From Octopus bimaculoides (Eukaryota): a stretch of 45,350 nucleotides of DNA. The stretch is taken from contig NC_068984.1 of assembly GCF_001194135.2 (NCBI RefSeq), forward strand, positions 55,418,411 to 55,463,760, in the 5' to 3' direction. Position numbers and translations under genes: made by a program. Shown piece after piece: positions 11,827 through 25,986 of the stretch. A model generated the notes under the pieces. That model was not told the origin of the DNA, did no database searches, and worked only from the letters and a program-made list of their open reading frames with translations. Numbering within the stretch: position 1 is the stretch's first letter; each line of letters opens with the position of its first letter.

Positions 11827-12498
11827 TGAATTTGTGTATTTATATTTATATATTTACATACAAACACACACATATACACATACACAAACAGAAACATATG
11901 CACATATATACAAATGTAGGTTTGAATATATCAACGTATTTGCCTGATTCCCTGATTGCTGTATAATATACATATTTTAACTGTTACTGTCAATCTCTGT
12001 AGCTAGAGTTATCCATGATTCATGAACTACAAATATATGTAAGAAAAGTCAGAATATTGTTACACGCACGCACACGCGCGCACACACACACACACACACA
12101 TACACACACACACATGCACACGCACACACATGTATGTATGTGTATATATATAAATAAATATATGTATGCGCATGTTGTGACTGTACACGTACCTATTTGC
12201 AAGCTTATATAGATTAAACGAGTTAGAATTCATTGCATATCTTTTTCTTGATATATATATTTCTTTTATGTTGGAATAATATAATTTTCTATCTAAAACC
12301 CAGTTCGTTATTTGAGATTCACATAGGATTCTTTAGTTTACACTTTTAGTGTTTTTGTATTACTTTAATTTTTTAAAGTTTCATTTCTTTCCTCACTGTC
12401 ATGCTGTCATTCGATAGTCTAAACCCTGAAAAACACAAATTTCTGCAAAGCTCGTGAAACTTTAATTTTCACTCGTTTAAATAATAATAATAATAATA

Positions 12499-12531
<33 letters not shown>

Positions 12532-12542
12532 TATGTATTAAC

Positions 12543-12780
12543 TGGCACTCCATCGGTTTTGACGATGAGTGTGCCAGTTGAGTCGCTCAACGAAACAGCC
12601 TGCTTAAGAAATTAATGTGCAAATGGCTGAGCACTGCACTAACACGCGTACTCTAAATGTAGTTCTCAGCAAGATTCAGCGTGATAGAGAATACGATAAA
12701 ATTGGCCCTACACAAGTACTACTCATTTTTACCAGTTGAGTGAAATGGAGCGACTTGAAATAAAGTGTTTTGTACGTTAA
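12543..12780 (-). mobile_element. Degenerate partial copy of the 3039-3425 SINE family
   Basis: tggcactccatcgg...aacagcctgcttaagaaattaatgtgcaaatggctgagcactgc...tagttctc...attcagcgtga aligns by eye with 3049-3190. Confidence 0.7.
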
Positions 12781-12899
12781 CCCGAATACCCTTCGATCAT
12801 TAAGCCACGCATTCATACATACATACATACATACATACATACATACATACATACATACATACATACAGACAGACATGCATGCATGGAGACAACTAATGA

Positions 12900-13150
12900 A
12901 AATCTAGTTCCAGAAATTCGGCAGCTCCTTTAGTGTCTGTTCTTCCGTGTGTCCTTGCATATTCTTGAACGTCTAACCTATTGCTTCGAGCTTTCTGGGA
13001 CACTGCATTTGATATTTTAGTCAATGATCTGATTTCTTAATTGCCAGATATAGATAGCCATCATCGGAGAAGTCCACTTGTTCGACATGTTTTATGAATA
13101 CGAACTTAACTCTAATATCATTTCTCTCGAATGTTTTTAAGTAACCTCAT
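12900..13150 (-). mobile_element. Possible highly decayed non-LTR RT fragment (RTE/R4-like GYKYLG motif)
   Basis: Minus frame reads IKHVEQVDFSDDGYLYLAIKKSDH*LKYQM, resembling the ...GYKYLGILEAD region of non-LTR RTs. Single weak motif only. Confidence 0.2.
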
Positions 13151-13674
13151 ACCATACCAGTATTACTGCTTTTTGTTTTTGTTTTTCTTTTCGTTATTGT
13201 CTGATTTCACATGGATCAAACGAATTCAACCTCTTAGAATATCGGTATTGTGTTAAAATTCTGATCTAATCAGCAATATTCCACATTTGAGCGTGAGCAT
13301 TTCTAATTTTTTTGCTTACAAGTCTTCTTGTATGTATGTTCAAGTCTAAACGCTAACTATAAACATTGTTAGCAAATGTCAGTTGAAGTTTTTCCGTTAC
13401 TTATGACTGTTTGGGAAAAGTTTATTTAGAAGAGGTGCAAACTTCATACTGACATTAGTTTTCACATTAAAGGATAAGAAAGAGCAAACGTAAATTTTAC
13501 TGTGTTCATTCCAGAATGGATTAAGTAGGCGGGGATTACGACTTGTATGAAGTTTTGCTACAGAATCACTTATCTGTTAGAGTTCCCTGTTATATTATGA
13601 GGCCGCCTTGTCGAAAATATCTCTTAGAAGAGTAATGGCTTTACGTTCACCAATGTACATTATATATGAAGTAT

Positions 13675-13765
13675 ATACATACACATACATACATACATAC
13701 ATACATACATACATACATACATACATACATTCATACATACATACATACACACACACATACATACA
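13675..13765. repeat. (ACAT)n microsatellite
   Basis: Directly visible; a similar array lies at 12814-12870. Confidence 0.9.
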
Positions 13766-13985
13766 TGTGGGCGTGTCTTTGTGTCTGTCTTTGTCCTCTT
13801 CCACCTCTTGACAACGGATTTGGTGTTTTTACATCCCCGTATTCTAGCGGTTCGACAAAAGAGATGGGTTGTATAAACACACGGTTTAAAAAAGATACTG
13901 TAGTCGATTCACTCGACTAAAGTTCGCTAAGGCGGTGCCCTATCATGGCAGCAATCTAATCACCGAAACAAGTAGAAGTTAAATG
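13765..13985 (+). mobile_element. Degenerate copy of the 7441-7668 repeat module
   Basis: cttgacaacggatttggtgtttttacatccccgta...gcggttcgacaaaagaga...gtcgattcactcgactaaa...aaggcggtgccc. Confidence 0.65.
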
Positions 13986-16033
13986 ATACAAACATATATA
14001 TGTTTACGAGTATATGTATGTGTGTGTATCTGTGCACGTGTGTGTATGTTTATGCGACAGACGATCTGTATTCATTGCATTGATAAGGCGTTTTGGCCAA
14101 ACCGAGGCTACATTAAAATACAATTATTCAACTAAAAATCGCGTCCTTACATGAAACTAGCCGCATGTGGTTGGCAAGTGAAGTTCTAAAGTACATTACG
14201 ATGCTTGTGCCGTAGAAATTGTAGAAATTTGGAAATGTCATTTTACTGTATGAGTTAAAACTTACTAGAGAACTTCTGTATTTACGTATAGAAATATCTA
14301 TTAAACTCTAAAGAAGCTTGAATATGTTAGATTAGTATATAGAAAAATATAAAATATAATCAATGTAACGTGCGTTGAATATTAATTGGTTTCTTCATGA
14401 GAAAAAAGTACTAATCATATTTTGAATATTAGTACGTATTCAAAGCTATTTGTTTTTAGTCAAAATTAAAGTTGCAGACATTGATGAAAGAAAGTAGAGA
14501 ACGAATTGAATAATGTAAATAAGTTTGTTTTCTTTTTTTTTCTTTTTGTTTCTTTGTTTGTGTCTTAATTTTACTTTTAGGATCAAGAAATTAATTGTAA
14601 ATATATTTAGATATGTTCCATGATATCTTCAGATAATTGCTTAGATAGAAACTCTATTAGAGTCTGTTTTCAAAACGCTTAGATCCTGTGTGGAAACGCT
14701 ATTTTTTATGTTCAGTAACTGTATATAAGTGAGTTGAGTAGCTGCATGAATCTGATGAAGTGAATATTAAAACTTATGACTGCAATTTTGAGGTTATGAA
14801 ATATGAATGACGATACACCATAGTAACATTTGTGCTCATTAATTATTTTTGATGACGTATTTGTACTTGAATATTAATATACGTACATATGTATGTGTAT
14901 ATGTTTATATTTAAGTATGTATGTACGTATATATGAAAGCATTATGTGTGTGTGTGTTTGTAAGTGTGTGTGTGTAGGTGTGTTGGGGTGGGGTGAATGT
15001 GTGTGTGTGTGCCTTCTATGTAGGTATGTATTTATAAAGCAAGACCATATATCTTGTTTAAGCTACGAACTGTTTTGCTGTCTCAGCCGTGTTTAACTCT
15101 GCATGCTAAATAAAAAAAGGTATATTTTAAAAAAGATTTTGTTTCTAATTTCCTATTCTATGACGTTAATCTACCTGTACAACAAAAGCAAGTAGTTAAT
15201 TCTTCTTAATTGTGTTGTAAAGTCAACAATAAAACGGTTATAATATTTGAGGTCGAGAGGTAACGAACATCTTAAAATAATGATTTTAAAAGAGATTAAC
15301 TTCCGCGAATAGGAAGAATTATATTGGCAATGAAGAGTAACATAGGTTTTAGAAGGATCACTAAATCTTAAGTTATTGTAAGCGGATGTTGAAACTGATG
15401 AATTTGTGCAACACCTTAACTTTTTTTGGATAAGAAACTCATTCGATAGAAATTCAGTCAGAAAATATTATATTAAACAACGGTTGTATATTTGTACTTC
15501 TTTGGAATATTGTAAAGAGAGAAAATTAGATTATATTATGCTATTGTATAAAAAAAAAGTGAGAACAGAAAATAAACTGGTAGTTGGCTGAAAAGTTAGG
15601 AGATAATATTTGCAAATTTAGATGTTGTGGAGGAGATGTAGATTAAATTTTAGAATTCAGTGCTACTCTTCTTTATACAATATCTAGTCGAATAGAAAAT
15701 ATATCGGTGAACCAATTGTATCAATAAACTTTAATGTTGATATCAGTCCCACGCTAGTAATTGCTTGTATGTTTCTACTTTTCTTATATAAATTTACTTC
15801 TATGTTTTAGTTAAGTATATCGACCGTCGTACTTACTTTAGCGTGGTAATTATTCTATTAAAGTCTATTGAATTACTAACTCACAATTTAGACAACTCGA
15901 TACCATGAATATAAACACAGATACATAGATATTCAGACAAAATACACACGCGCACGCTTGTACGCGCGTACACACACATATAAACTCATACCAGTCTGTT
16001 GATATTGACATTGTTGATTTTCAGAAGTAATAT

Positions 16034-17060
16034 TTATCGGTAAACGTTTGCTATTAGGGCGGTTATTGAACTCAACGTAATTGCTGTCATAGAGGAAATG
16101 ATTGGGCAAAGATTTAGTGTAGGGTCTGGGAGGTGTGGCGTATTTAGTGTGGCAGGAATTTGAGAGTTGTGTAAGTGGTTGAATATCACAAAGCGAAGAG
16201 GATATGCGGTTAGCTTGTACAAAATATCAGTATCCGTTGTAGTACCTCTATGCAGTGTAAAGAGAAAACATCACCAGCCTATGAAATATGTTGGTCAATA
16301 AATCACTTCCACTGTCGTATGATGGTCTTGATACGTCCAGGATATTTTTGAATGACTCATTATCTACCCAAATGTGTGAGTGTTTTTTTCTACTGACTGT
16401 GGTTGTGTACCTCTACGTCAGTTCTGATATGATAAATCTATTGCATTCTAATATTTGTTCAAAGAACTACCAGTAATTCACAAATATTTTGTTCAGGATA
16501 TATCATAACTCGCCCGAGTTGCGAAAAGGTTGCAAAGACCACCCTGCCGTGATGAATCTTACTTAATGCTATATGACATCCTGAGCATGCTTGTATTCCT
16601 TCCGCTGCACTGCGTAAGCCTCTAAGTTTATTATTATACTTGTTTAGCTTCACATTAACTCTGATTGAGTTGATCTATGTCAAAAGTTATTCAAACCACG
16701 ATTATCTCATCTCTTTAGAGATATCTAGGACAATAACTAAAGTATTTTCTTTTATCTCAAGGTGTCAGATTGTGAGTCGAGGTAAGTTTGGCAGCTATTT
16801 CTAGCAGGTTTAGGAGCAACACTTTGAACGCATATATGTTACAAACGTTAAGTATCCCCAACTCAAATATTATCAGGTTCAGCATAACTATGATCAAATG
16901 TATTTCAGCCGTTGTCATGCTGACCTGTTTCAGTGTATCAAGCACTATTATGAACGAATGTCTCTCTCTCGCTCTCTCTCTAAAACAGCAGCAAAGCATA
17001 TGATTTGAGGAAAGTTTGGCGTCTATTTGGAGCAAGTTGGGCGATCACGTTAGGTTTACG
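16034..17060 (-). mobile_element. Ancient LINE reverse-transcriptase relic (CR1/L2/Jockey-type LDISKAFDRVWH region)
   Basis: Minus strand reads ENTLVIVLDISKE (16711-16749), continuing in frame as ..WFE*LLT*INSIRVNVKLNKY, which parallels ALDISKAFDRVWHxGLLxKLxSxGI. Upstream QLAP..AKL and KLTSTHNL, and downstream YPL..FN..TLN, fall in the expected order. Many stops and indels. Confidence 0.5.
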
Positions 17061-17796
17061 CTTTATTAGATTCTGGTAGTACTACAGCGGAGGTAGGTAA
17101 GGAAGTTTCGGTCAGATTGTAACGCTTGCTCCTCCTCTGCGTTTACCATTGATTACATTGAAGTGCAATAATTGTCAGAATTTCATTTTTCTAATAAATA
17201 CATTAAAATATTTCTTAGTTTGCTTTCGTATTTTGTCTGATCCTCGGTTGCCCAGCAGAAATGAAGCGAAAAGTCGTACATAAACAAAAGACAAATTATA
17301 ACCGTTTAGACAGTACTGCTCGAATAGAGCCTATCTTTCTTTTATTATATATCGTTTCCCCTTTTATCACTGTGATTGAAAATGTCCATTTTGATTTTAT
17401 CTAATAATGTACACTTACAATCAGCGTAAGAATTTTTCAGTAATAGAAAAGTAGATGTTTCAAAAGAAACATTATGTGCTTGTTATTTTTCAATAGCCCT
17501 CTAAAATCATGGAATTAACAGTAAGAAGCTTTTAGCAAATCCATTTTTACTGATGGGAAGTTTGGCTGACTTCCAATACCATTACTTTACAATATATATT
17601 TATTGTGTACTTATTCCTCTAGAATGATTTTTCGTATCTAACCGAAAAAATTTGCAATTTGCCTTACAAGATTCTCCTCACAAGATTACACAAGATTGCA
17701 GTAACTTAAATTCAAATTTGTTTACTCATGACACGCAATAAGTCAACATTTATAGTCCACTCTTTAATAAACTATCTCCTTTTCATATATATATAT

Positions 17797-17901
17797 NNNN
17801 NNNNNNNNNNNNNNNNNNNNNNNNNNNNNNNNNNNNNNNNNNNNNNNNNNNNNNNNNNNNNNNNNNNNNNNNNNNNNNNNNNNNNNNNNNNNNNNNNNNN
17901 N
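17797..17901. other. Assembly gap
   Basis: Run of N between (TA)n and (AG)n. Confidence 0.99.
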
Positions 17902-17933
<32 letters not shown>

Positions 17934-20697
17934 TGACACATTCATGGTGGAAGTACTTCATTAATGTCATTTACAGTCATTTATGAACATATTAGCAATT
18001 TTATCCGTAAGGACAGAGAATGCTTTCTTTGAAAAGAGAGCATATGCGTGTATGTTATATTTACTACTTATATTGATCTTGAAATACATTGCTTTGTTGA
18101 CCATAGCAAGATTTTAGAACAGTTATGATGTATCGAAAAACACAATACAAAAAAAAATAAGCTTTTGTACTGATTCTGTTTATTCCGATTTTTCTGAATT
18201 TTATATTTTATTTTACACCGGGTGCTTTTAAATAATTCGATGTAATATCATGAATGTATTTAAGAAATAAGATAAAAGAGAAATGGTTCTTTGTATTACT
18301 GCCAACTATATTTTCAGTTACATCTTTTCCTGTTCAAAATATGTTTTTGTTATTATGTACAATTTTTTTCTGAATTTTTTTTAACTTTTAGAAAATCATT
18401 TTAGTTGTAAAATGACAAGACTGTATCGTAATTTAATTAAACTTATATCTTAAATATGGCTCAAATATATCAATGCACGCAAAGTATATTATTAAACCTT
18501 AGGGATGAATTATGAAATATAATGTAATTCCTTAAACATTCCCCTTAATTTTACTTTATATGTATTGCCAATCCCTCTTCACATTATCGGAAACTAAATT
18601 AAATAAATTGACGTTATTGAACATTTAATATATAATAGTGATACGAATTACGTAGGTATTATTTTCTTTCAAAAATAATGGCAATTTTACTTTTAATAAT
18701 ATAATGCGCTTCTGAACAGCAAAATATATTCGTCAACATTTTATCTTTAAGTGAATAGTCATTCTTAAACGAGTATAACATTTGTTGAAACGAAATCCTC
18801 AAAAATGATCTTGAGAATGTATGCTGTTTGGAATGTTCATGCAAGCTACATAGTCGTAAATAATATGGCATATAAGCTAAGTTTGCAGGACAAAGGCAAT
18901 GTTATTGCACTACACTAGAATATAAAAGTGTTTCTAATAAACAGCTAGCAACTGGTGAGCCCCCTCTGAAAACAAACTACATTAAGATCAACTTTTCTAG
19001 AGTTTGTAAGAAACACTCATGAATTTCGCTTTTCTCTTCATATCTGACTTAAAAATAACAAAATAGGCAAAACCATTTTTCTAAGTATGATATGAAAATG
19101 TTCACACGTAATTGATAAAAGCCAAATAGATGTATGATATTTGTGCAAGAGACATGTGTATCAAAGAACTGGCTTGAAATAACTTTAAAATGTAATGTAC
19201 CAGGTCAGTATTCGATTCTTTAGGACTAGTAATTGAGAAGATGATACTATCAGTTTGTATCCGGTACTGATTACTGCAATTTGTCCATGTTTAGTAAATT
19301 CTTCCTTCAATAATTTTACTATAGGTTATGAAAGAGGAATCTTCACCCGTCTCCTAAGATTTAAAAAAGAAGTAGAACGACGAGGGGCATCAAACGTAGT
19401 CGCTTAACCTACAGAAATAAACAATTTAAACTCACTTCAAACTAGCATCTGAAAGGCTAACAATTTAGTTAAGGAAAACAGTCCCGAGATACAATATCCG
19501 GGAATAAAATTAGCTCGTCAAGAAATTAATGCTTTCATGTGAATCGACCTGGGACCAAACGATGATAACTGGGAGTTAGAAGTAAACAATTATATGGTCA
19601 TTTAAACAGCTAATAAACACAGTTAGATTACTTTAAATGATACTCTACTACTTTTCAAAAAATGATGGTATCTAAGAGTACATTTAAATAGTATTAGAAT
19701 ACAGGATACATGAAAATAAACGGCAGGAAGTTTCTTGGTGGAATGTCTTTAGCCATCAGTCGGCTAAATCAGTATCCACATGGTACTAAACAACAATTGC
19801 GTTATTTTTCTGTTTTTCCTGGTGGATCCCTACAAAAATGCTATACTGTTTGGATAATAGAATTGTGTACGATAGAATATGCAGTGATCGAGATTAGATT
19901 TCCCCACATTCGACGATGTCTATGTATGATATTAACAATGGACAAATTAGAAAAACAAAAAACTTTGATTTATTGTACACAAATTTTATGTCTTTCCAAT
20001 AAACCATCAAGTCACAGATTTGTATTAGTTTATAAACAAATTAGCAGATCGTCTGATTCGGAAAGTTAGCTAAATCTAATCGATTGACATGTAAGAAAAC
20101 GACCTGATTCTTCATTGCTGTATTTTTTCTTTTTTCTCTAAACCTCTATTTTATAAAATTAGATTATTGTTCCGTACAGCAGTTTATAAGCTCATTCTTT
20201 AATGGAAAAGGAATATTAAATGGTAGTTACGAAAGCATTAATATTCATGACAATTCATCAATTGCTAATCATTGGAAAGCTATACTTAGTGTTACTAAGG
20301 TTACCTTTTATGTTGCTACATTATCTTACAATGAACATTCATATATATATGTGTGAGTTTGTAAGCGGTGTGTCTGAACATGTGCATGTAGTCACGAAGT
20401 CGCATGCACCATTCGTTTTAAGTGCACTTTTATCTTGCATAAAATAAATTTAATGTAAATATAAAAAAATAGGCAAAATCCAGTAACGTAACAGGAATAT
20501 CCAGTTTCACAATATAAATGCGTATATATGTATGCTAATGTACGGGTGTGCGTGATGTATGCGTGCATGTGTCACGTATACAAACAGTTGGAGAGGCAGA
20601 TATGCAGGATTATAGATAGACACGTACATTCCTCGAAAGAAGTAGTAAATGTAGATACACACACATACATACATACATACATAGATATATATATATA

Positions 20698-20713
20698 AGA
20701 TCGGAAGAGCGTC
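20698..20713 (+). other. Illumina TruSeq adapter remnant (assembly contamination)
   Basis: AGATCGGAAGAGCGTC is an exact 16/16 match to the start of the read-2 adapter AGATCGGAAGAGCGTCGTGTAGGG and ends exactly at the N-gap. Confidence 0.93.
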
Positions 20714-21485
20714 NNNNNNNNNNNNNNNNNNNNNNNNNNNNNNNNNNNNNNNNNNNNNNNNNNNNNNNNNNNNNNNNNNNNNNNNNNNNNNNNNNNNNNN
20801 NNNNNNNNNNNNNNNNNNNNNNNNNNNNNNNNNNNNNNNNNNNNNNNNNNNNNNNNNNNNNNNNNNNNNNNNNNNNNNNNNNNNNNNNNNNNNNNNNNNN
20901 NNNNNNNNNNNNNNNNNNNNNNNNNNNNNNNNNNNNNNNNNNNNNNNNNNNNNNNNNNNNNNNNNNNNNNNNNNNNNNNNNNNNNNNNNNNNNNNNNNNN
21001 NNNNNNNNNNNNNNNNNNNNNNNNNNNNNNNNNNNNNNNNNNNNNNNNNNNNNNNNNNNNNNNNNNNNNNNNNNNNNNNNNNNNNNNNNNNNNNNNNNNN
21101 NNNNNNNNNNNNNNNNNNNNNNNNNNNNNNNNNNNNNNNNNNNNNNNNNNNNNNNNNNNNNNNNNNNNNNNNNNNNNNNNNNNNNNNNNNNNNNNNNNNN
21201 NNNNNNNNNNNNNNNNNNNNNNNNNNNNNNNNNNNNNNNNNNNNNNNNNNNNNNNNNNNNNNNNNNNNNNNNNNNNNNNNNNNNNNNNNNNNNNNNNNNN
21301 NNNNNNNNNNNNNNNNNNNNNNNNNNNNNNNNNNNNNNNNNNNNNNNNNNNNNNNNNNNNNNNNNNNNNNNNNNNNNNNNNNNNNNNNNNNNNNNNNNNN
21401 NNNNNNNNNNNNNNNNNNNNNNNNNNNNNNNNNNNNNNNNNNNNNNNNNNNNNNNNNNNNNNNNNNNNNNNNNNNNNNNNNNNNN
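20714..21485. other. Assembly gap
   Basis: Run of N. Confidence 0.99.
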
Positions 21486-21496
21486 AGAGAGAGAGC

Positions 21497-21536
<40 letters not shown>

Positions 21537-22727
21537 TATGTAGATACATATATATACATAGGCATATATATATATATAGATAGATAGATAGATAGATAAA
21601 TATATATAAATTAGGCATACACACACACATGTATGTATGTATGTATGTATGTATGTATGTATGTATGTATGTGGAAAAGGAACATTGTCTGGAACTCCTC
21701 TCCGTTTAACATCACATTATCAATATCATTGGTTGAAATCTACTTTAATCTCTTTAACTAGCATTTCAGCTTGTATCAGTACTAATGGTTCTTTGATATA
21801 TATAATATTACTCTCTGGCATTTGTGTACTCTAAATTTTGGCTGTGATATGGTATGTTATAAAAATTCTAATACTATTAAACATAACTAAAGAATTGAAC
21901 AACGAAGTACCTACATAATTTAATCCTTTGATTCCAAGAACTACTCTGTAGAGTCTAACAAGATAGCACAGCTAAATATATTTATATACTAATATTGTGT
22001 TAAACCCAACGTCAAGAGGATATCAAGTCTATTGTAATGAACCTCATATTCGTCCGCACATTCTTTTAAGAAACTTGGCTGAAGCAGAGAAACTTGTCAT
22101 GCATTGTGTCGTTCAAGCATAATTACATACCATATCATCCTTAAATAACAACTTAATACCATATAACCAAAGTAATATGTGGTAGTAAAATGGTTTCAGT
22201 GTTCTATAGGGAAGGAATTGAGAAAAAAAGTTGAGAAGAAATATGATGCCCTGCACTTCAGCTTTCTGCTTCAGCGCAGTAGATAGTGAGAGTATTTTTG
22301 TAGTTGCAAGACTTGCGCTGATGTTATTTTCGAAAATGCTAAAACAAATATCTTTACATGAACACACTCGCCAAAGATTTCATGTCTGATATTAAGGCAG
22401 ATTTTGCATCGTCAATCTATTTTGATTACGTGACCTCTCAATCAAGCACTGTTTGAATTTCTTGAACTCATAGCATAGCTTATACTTGACACTGTAGCCA
22501 TTCCGTTCTTCTATCATTTGTAACCGTTATTCTTATAAATTGCCGCATTTTTGTTTGTCAATATAGCTGAATGAAGTTACATCATTATAAAATATTTACT
22601 TAAATTTATTCACAATACTTGTAAATAAAGTCTTTAAGTACTGAGTAGCACCTGTATTTTGTTGCTTTTTCTGACTTATTTTCAAAAGTAGAAACTATCT
22701 TTGTCCTCTCTACGCGAATAGAATAAA

Positions 22728-23007
22728 NNNNNNNNNNNNNNNNNNNNNNNNNNNNNNNNNNNNNNNNNNNNNNNNNNNNNNNNNNNNNNNNNNNNNNNNN
22801 NNNNNNNNNNNNNNNNNNNNNNNNNNNNNNNNNNNNNNNNNNNNNNNNNNNNNNNNNNNNNNNNNNNNNNNNNNNNNNNNNNNNNNNNNNNNNNNNNNNN
22901 NNNNNNNNNNNNNNNNNNNNNNNNNNNNNNNNNNNNNNNNNNNNNNNNNNNNNNNNNNNNNNNNNNNNNNNNNNNNNNNNNNNNNNNNNNNNNNNNNNNN
23001 NNNNNNN
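22728..23007. other. Assembly gap
   Basis: Run of N. Confidence 0.99.
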
Positions 23008-23154
23008 CTTTTCTGCGCTTTTCATTTCTACTCTGTGCATATATATTTGCACACTTACATATAGTGCTACTAACTGCATCCAGTCTTGCACGAGTCAATA
23101 TCTTAACAAATATTTATGTAGGTGTGTAAATATATGTCTCAAATAATATCACCT

Positions 23155-23190
23155 ATCTATCTATCTATATATATATAGATATAGATATAG

Positions 23191-23245
<55 letters not shown>

Positions 23246-23350
23246 TTTATATATATGTATATATGTATATATATAAACACACACACAAACATACACACGA
23301 ACGCGCACGCACACACGAACGCGCGCGCGCATACACACACACACACACAT
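23155..23350. repeat. Compound (TA)/(CA)/(CG) microsatellite
   Basis: Directly visible. Confidence 0.85.
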
Positions 23351-23739
23351 AAAAATATCTTTGTATATATGTCTGCAAACGTGTGTATATCTTTCACCAA
23401 TGTAAGTCAGAGAAAATTATAAACAACGGTGAAGAGATTAACGGATGAAAGGGGAAATGATAGCTATTTAGAAAATGAACTGCTTTTGTTCACTACTGAT
23501 TCACTCAACACATTTAATAAGCTATCTAGTTCATATTTTTTATAGTTCTGTTACGAAAACTAGGAGTATTTCACACTGATCTTTAATGCGTTACAAGTAC
23601 TTCTGGGACGGAAGTCGTTACAACAATTTATACGTAAATAGTTATGTGTGTATGTATGTGAGTGAGCGTGAGACTGTATGTATGTATTAAACACAAACTT
23701 ATAGCCACATATATCCCAATATTCACACACAGAGACACA

Positions 23740-23769
23740 CCCACGCACACACACACATACACACATACA

Positions 23770-23803
<34 letters not shown>

Positions 23804-23868
23804 CATACATATAGACAGAGACATACAGACGAAATAATAGGCAGAGAAATAGGGAGAGAAAGAGATCA

Positions 23869-23899
<31 letters not shown>

Positions 23900-23970
23900 A
23901 ACAGACAGACAGAGAGGCAGGCAGGCAGGCAGGCAGACAGGCAGATAGGCAGACAGACAGACAAACAGAT

Positions 23971-24014
<44 letters not shown>

Positions 24015-24015
24015 G

Positions 24016-24081
<66 letters not shown>

Positions 24082-24082
24082 C
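23740..24082. repeat. Compound tetranucleotide array (ACAT)n-(AGAC/AGGC)n-(AGAT)n
   Basis: Directly visible stepwise change of repeat unit. Confidence 0.9.
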
Positions 24083-24454
24083 AGCTCTTTGCTTCATTTA
24101 ATTAAAATAATGCCGCTTAAATCAGACGGTGCTCTGATGTTATTTTATAAATGACTGCATCTTATTTAAAATACCATAAAAGTATTTTAGACTACGAGTG
24201 AGCATGTGCAGAGTAGTCGGGGTTTTTTTTTGTTTTTTTTTTGTATCCTACACGAGAGATGAGGTCGAATGGGGTCTAGTGTTGAAGTTTTGTAAATACT
24301 TTTTGTGCTGAATGCAATTCTCTTGCCAGTATGAATGTTTTATAATTTAAAATATTACCATATATATTTGTATTGAGTACTACATTCAAATAATACCACC
24401 ATTTTTCTATCATTCACAAATGTTTTTTAACTATGTGCTTTTGTGAGTGCATGC

Positions 24455-24501
<47 letters not shown>

Positions 24502-24643
24502 TGCTCGCGCGCGCGTGTGTATGCATATATACATGAACGTATGTACGCTTTTATACTTCGTGATGCATCGGCGAGATCGCTGAAGAATCGTTTTTCTTCA
24601 AGCAAATTACAACAATTTACAAATAATCCCTTATTACTTTCAG

Positions 24644-24715
24644 GTCGATAACGTAGTGAAGAGTGGTTGGCACAGTGGAAACGATGTTATATTCAGGAAT
24701 TATGATACAAAATAA
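24644..24715 (+). CDS. Candidate terminal exon (VDNVVKSGWHSGNDVIFRNYDTK*)
   Basis: ccttattactttcAG acceptor; only phase 0 is open; the stop is overlapped and followed by AATAAA. No homology recognised. Confidence 0.15.
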   Translation, partial: VDNVVKSGWHSGNDVIFRNYDTK

Positions 24716-25880
24716 AATAAAGTACTTATCGACACTAGGCCATTGTATATGTAAATCAGCTTCTCTGTGTCCGGGCGGCCAAATGAAGTATAATATTCTC
24801 CCTTCACATTCCTATAATATATGCAATATTTCCTTAGAACCATTTTTTGTCTTCGTTTTTTTTTTCCCCTGTCTAGTATGTTTTGAGTTATTATTAAGCA
24901 AACTTAATGACTAGAGTAGTTAAATAATTACTTCTAAAATTTCGGTATTCGCTACTCTATTCCCCTTGCTGCTGTATCATGTTCTTCTTTATGTTCATGG
25001 CTTGCTTTGAATAAACATGATCCTGCAATGAATCATCAAAATCGTTCTAGCGTATTAATTCCGTCTGTCATTTGCACATCAGAGACATTGCGCTTTAGTT
25101 CCTACTCTTTGTAAGGAGAATAACTTAGTTTTAATGAATACTTGGCAGCTATTTATAGCAGATCAAGAGACCAGGCGGTGGGTTCCTCGTTGGCCCGAGA
25201 TTATGCATTATGTCGATAGTTCAAAACAGCTTTCGTTTTTTTTTTGCCCTTGTTTCTTTTCTGAATCTAACTTAACTTGGTGATTTTCTTCATGGAGGCT
25301 AATTGTTGAAACCAATGTATTTTATTATTTACAATTTTTACTCCCTGCACTTTGTACTACAGATGTTTTACGCATAATCAAAGTGTTTTGAATAGCTTAG
25401 AAAAAAGGAAAGCAACAATTTCTGTGCAGATAGAATTGCATGAATGTGTATTAACAAAACAAATTCTATAAATACATAAGGTGCAGCCGGAGAATAAGCT
25501 CTAATAACAGCCAAATATATAAACTGAATGTGTACTTTATACAAAGAAAATTACATACCTTGAAACAACATATATTGTAGCATAACAATCCCTTATATTT
25601 GCCATTTATTGAGTGTGAACTTAGTGTCATTTTCAAACTCTCAAGTTTTTCAGTATCTGGCTATGCCTTTCTAAGTGACAAACGATAATCGCTCCTTGGG
25701 CAATGCGAGGTTTTAATTGTAGTTAAATAACCAGCTAAAACAAGATAGAATATTAGAACATGTGATAGTAATAACAAAAATATTGTAATATTCAATATTT
25801 ATTCCGTTTAAATTAGCAGAAAAAAATTGAATGTGAGAATTATGACAAGATGATAGCCCTCGTATTTTATTTCTGCGTAC

Positions 25881-25986
25881 CTGTCAGAAACTTTTCTTAT
25901 GTTTTGCGTCCTATAAAAATGTGGCATGAACCTGTGGGAGCCATATAGCTTCCGGTTAAGAAACATTATTCTCAGACGGAATGTGT
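25881..25986 (-). CDS. Candidate internal exon (106 nt, phase 1 to 2)
   Basis: gaattcttcAG acceptor and CAG|GTACGC donor. One open frame: xTFRLRIMFLNRKLYGSHRFMPHFYRTQNIRKVSD. No homology recognised. Confidence 0.15.
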
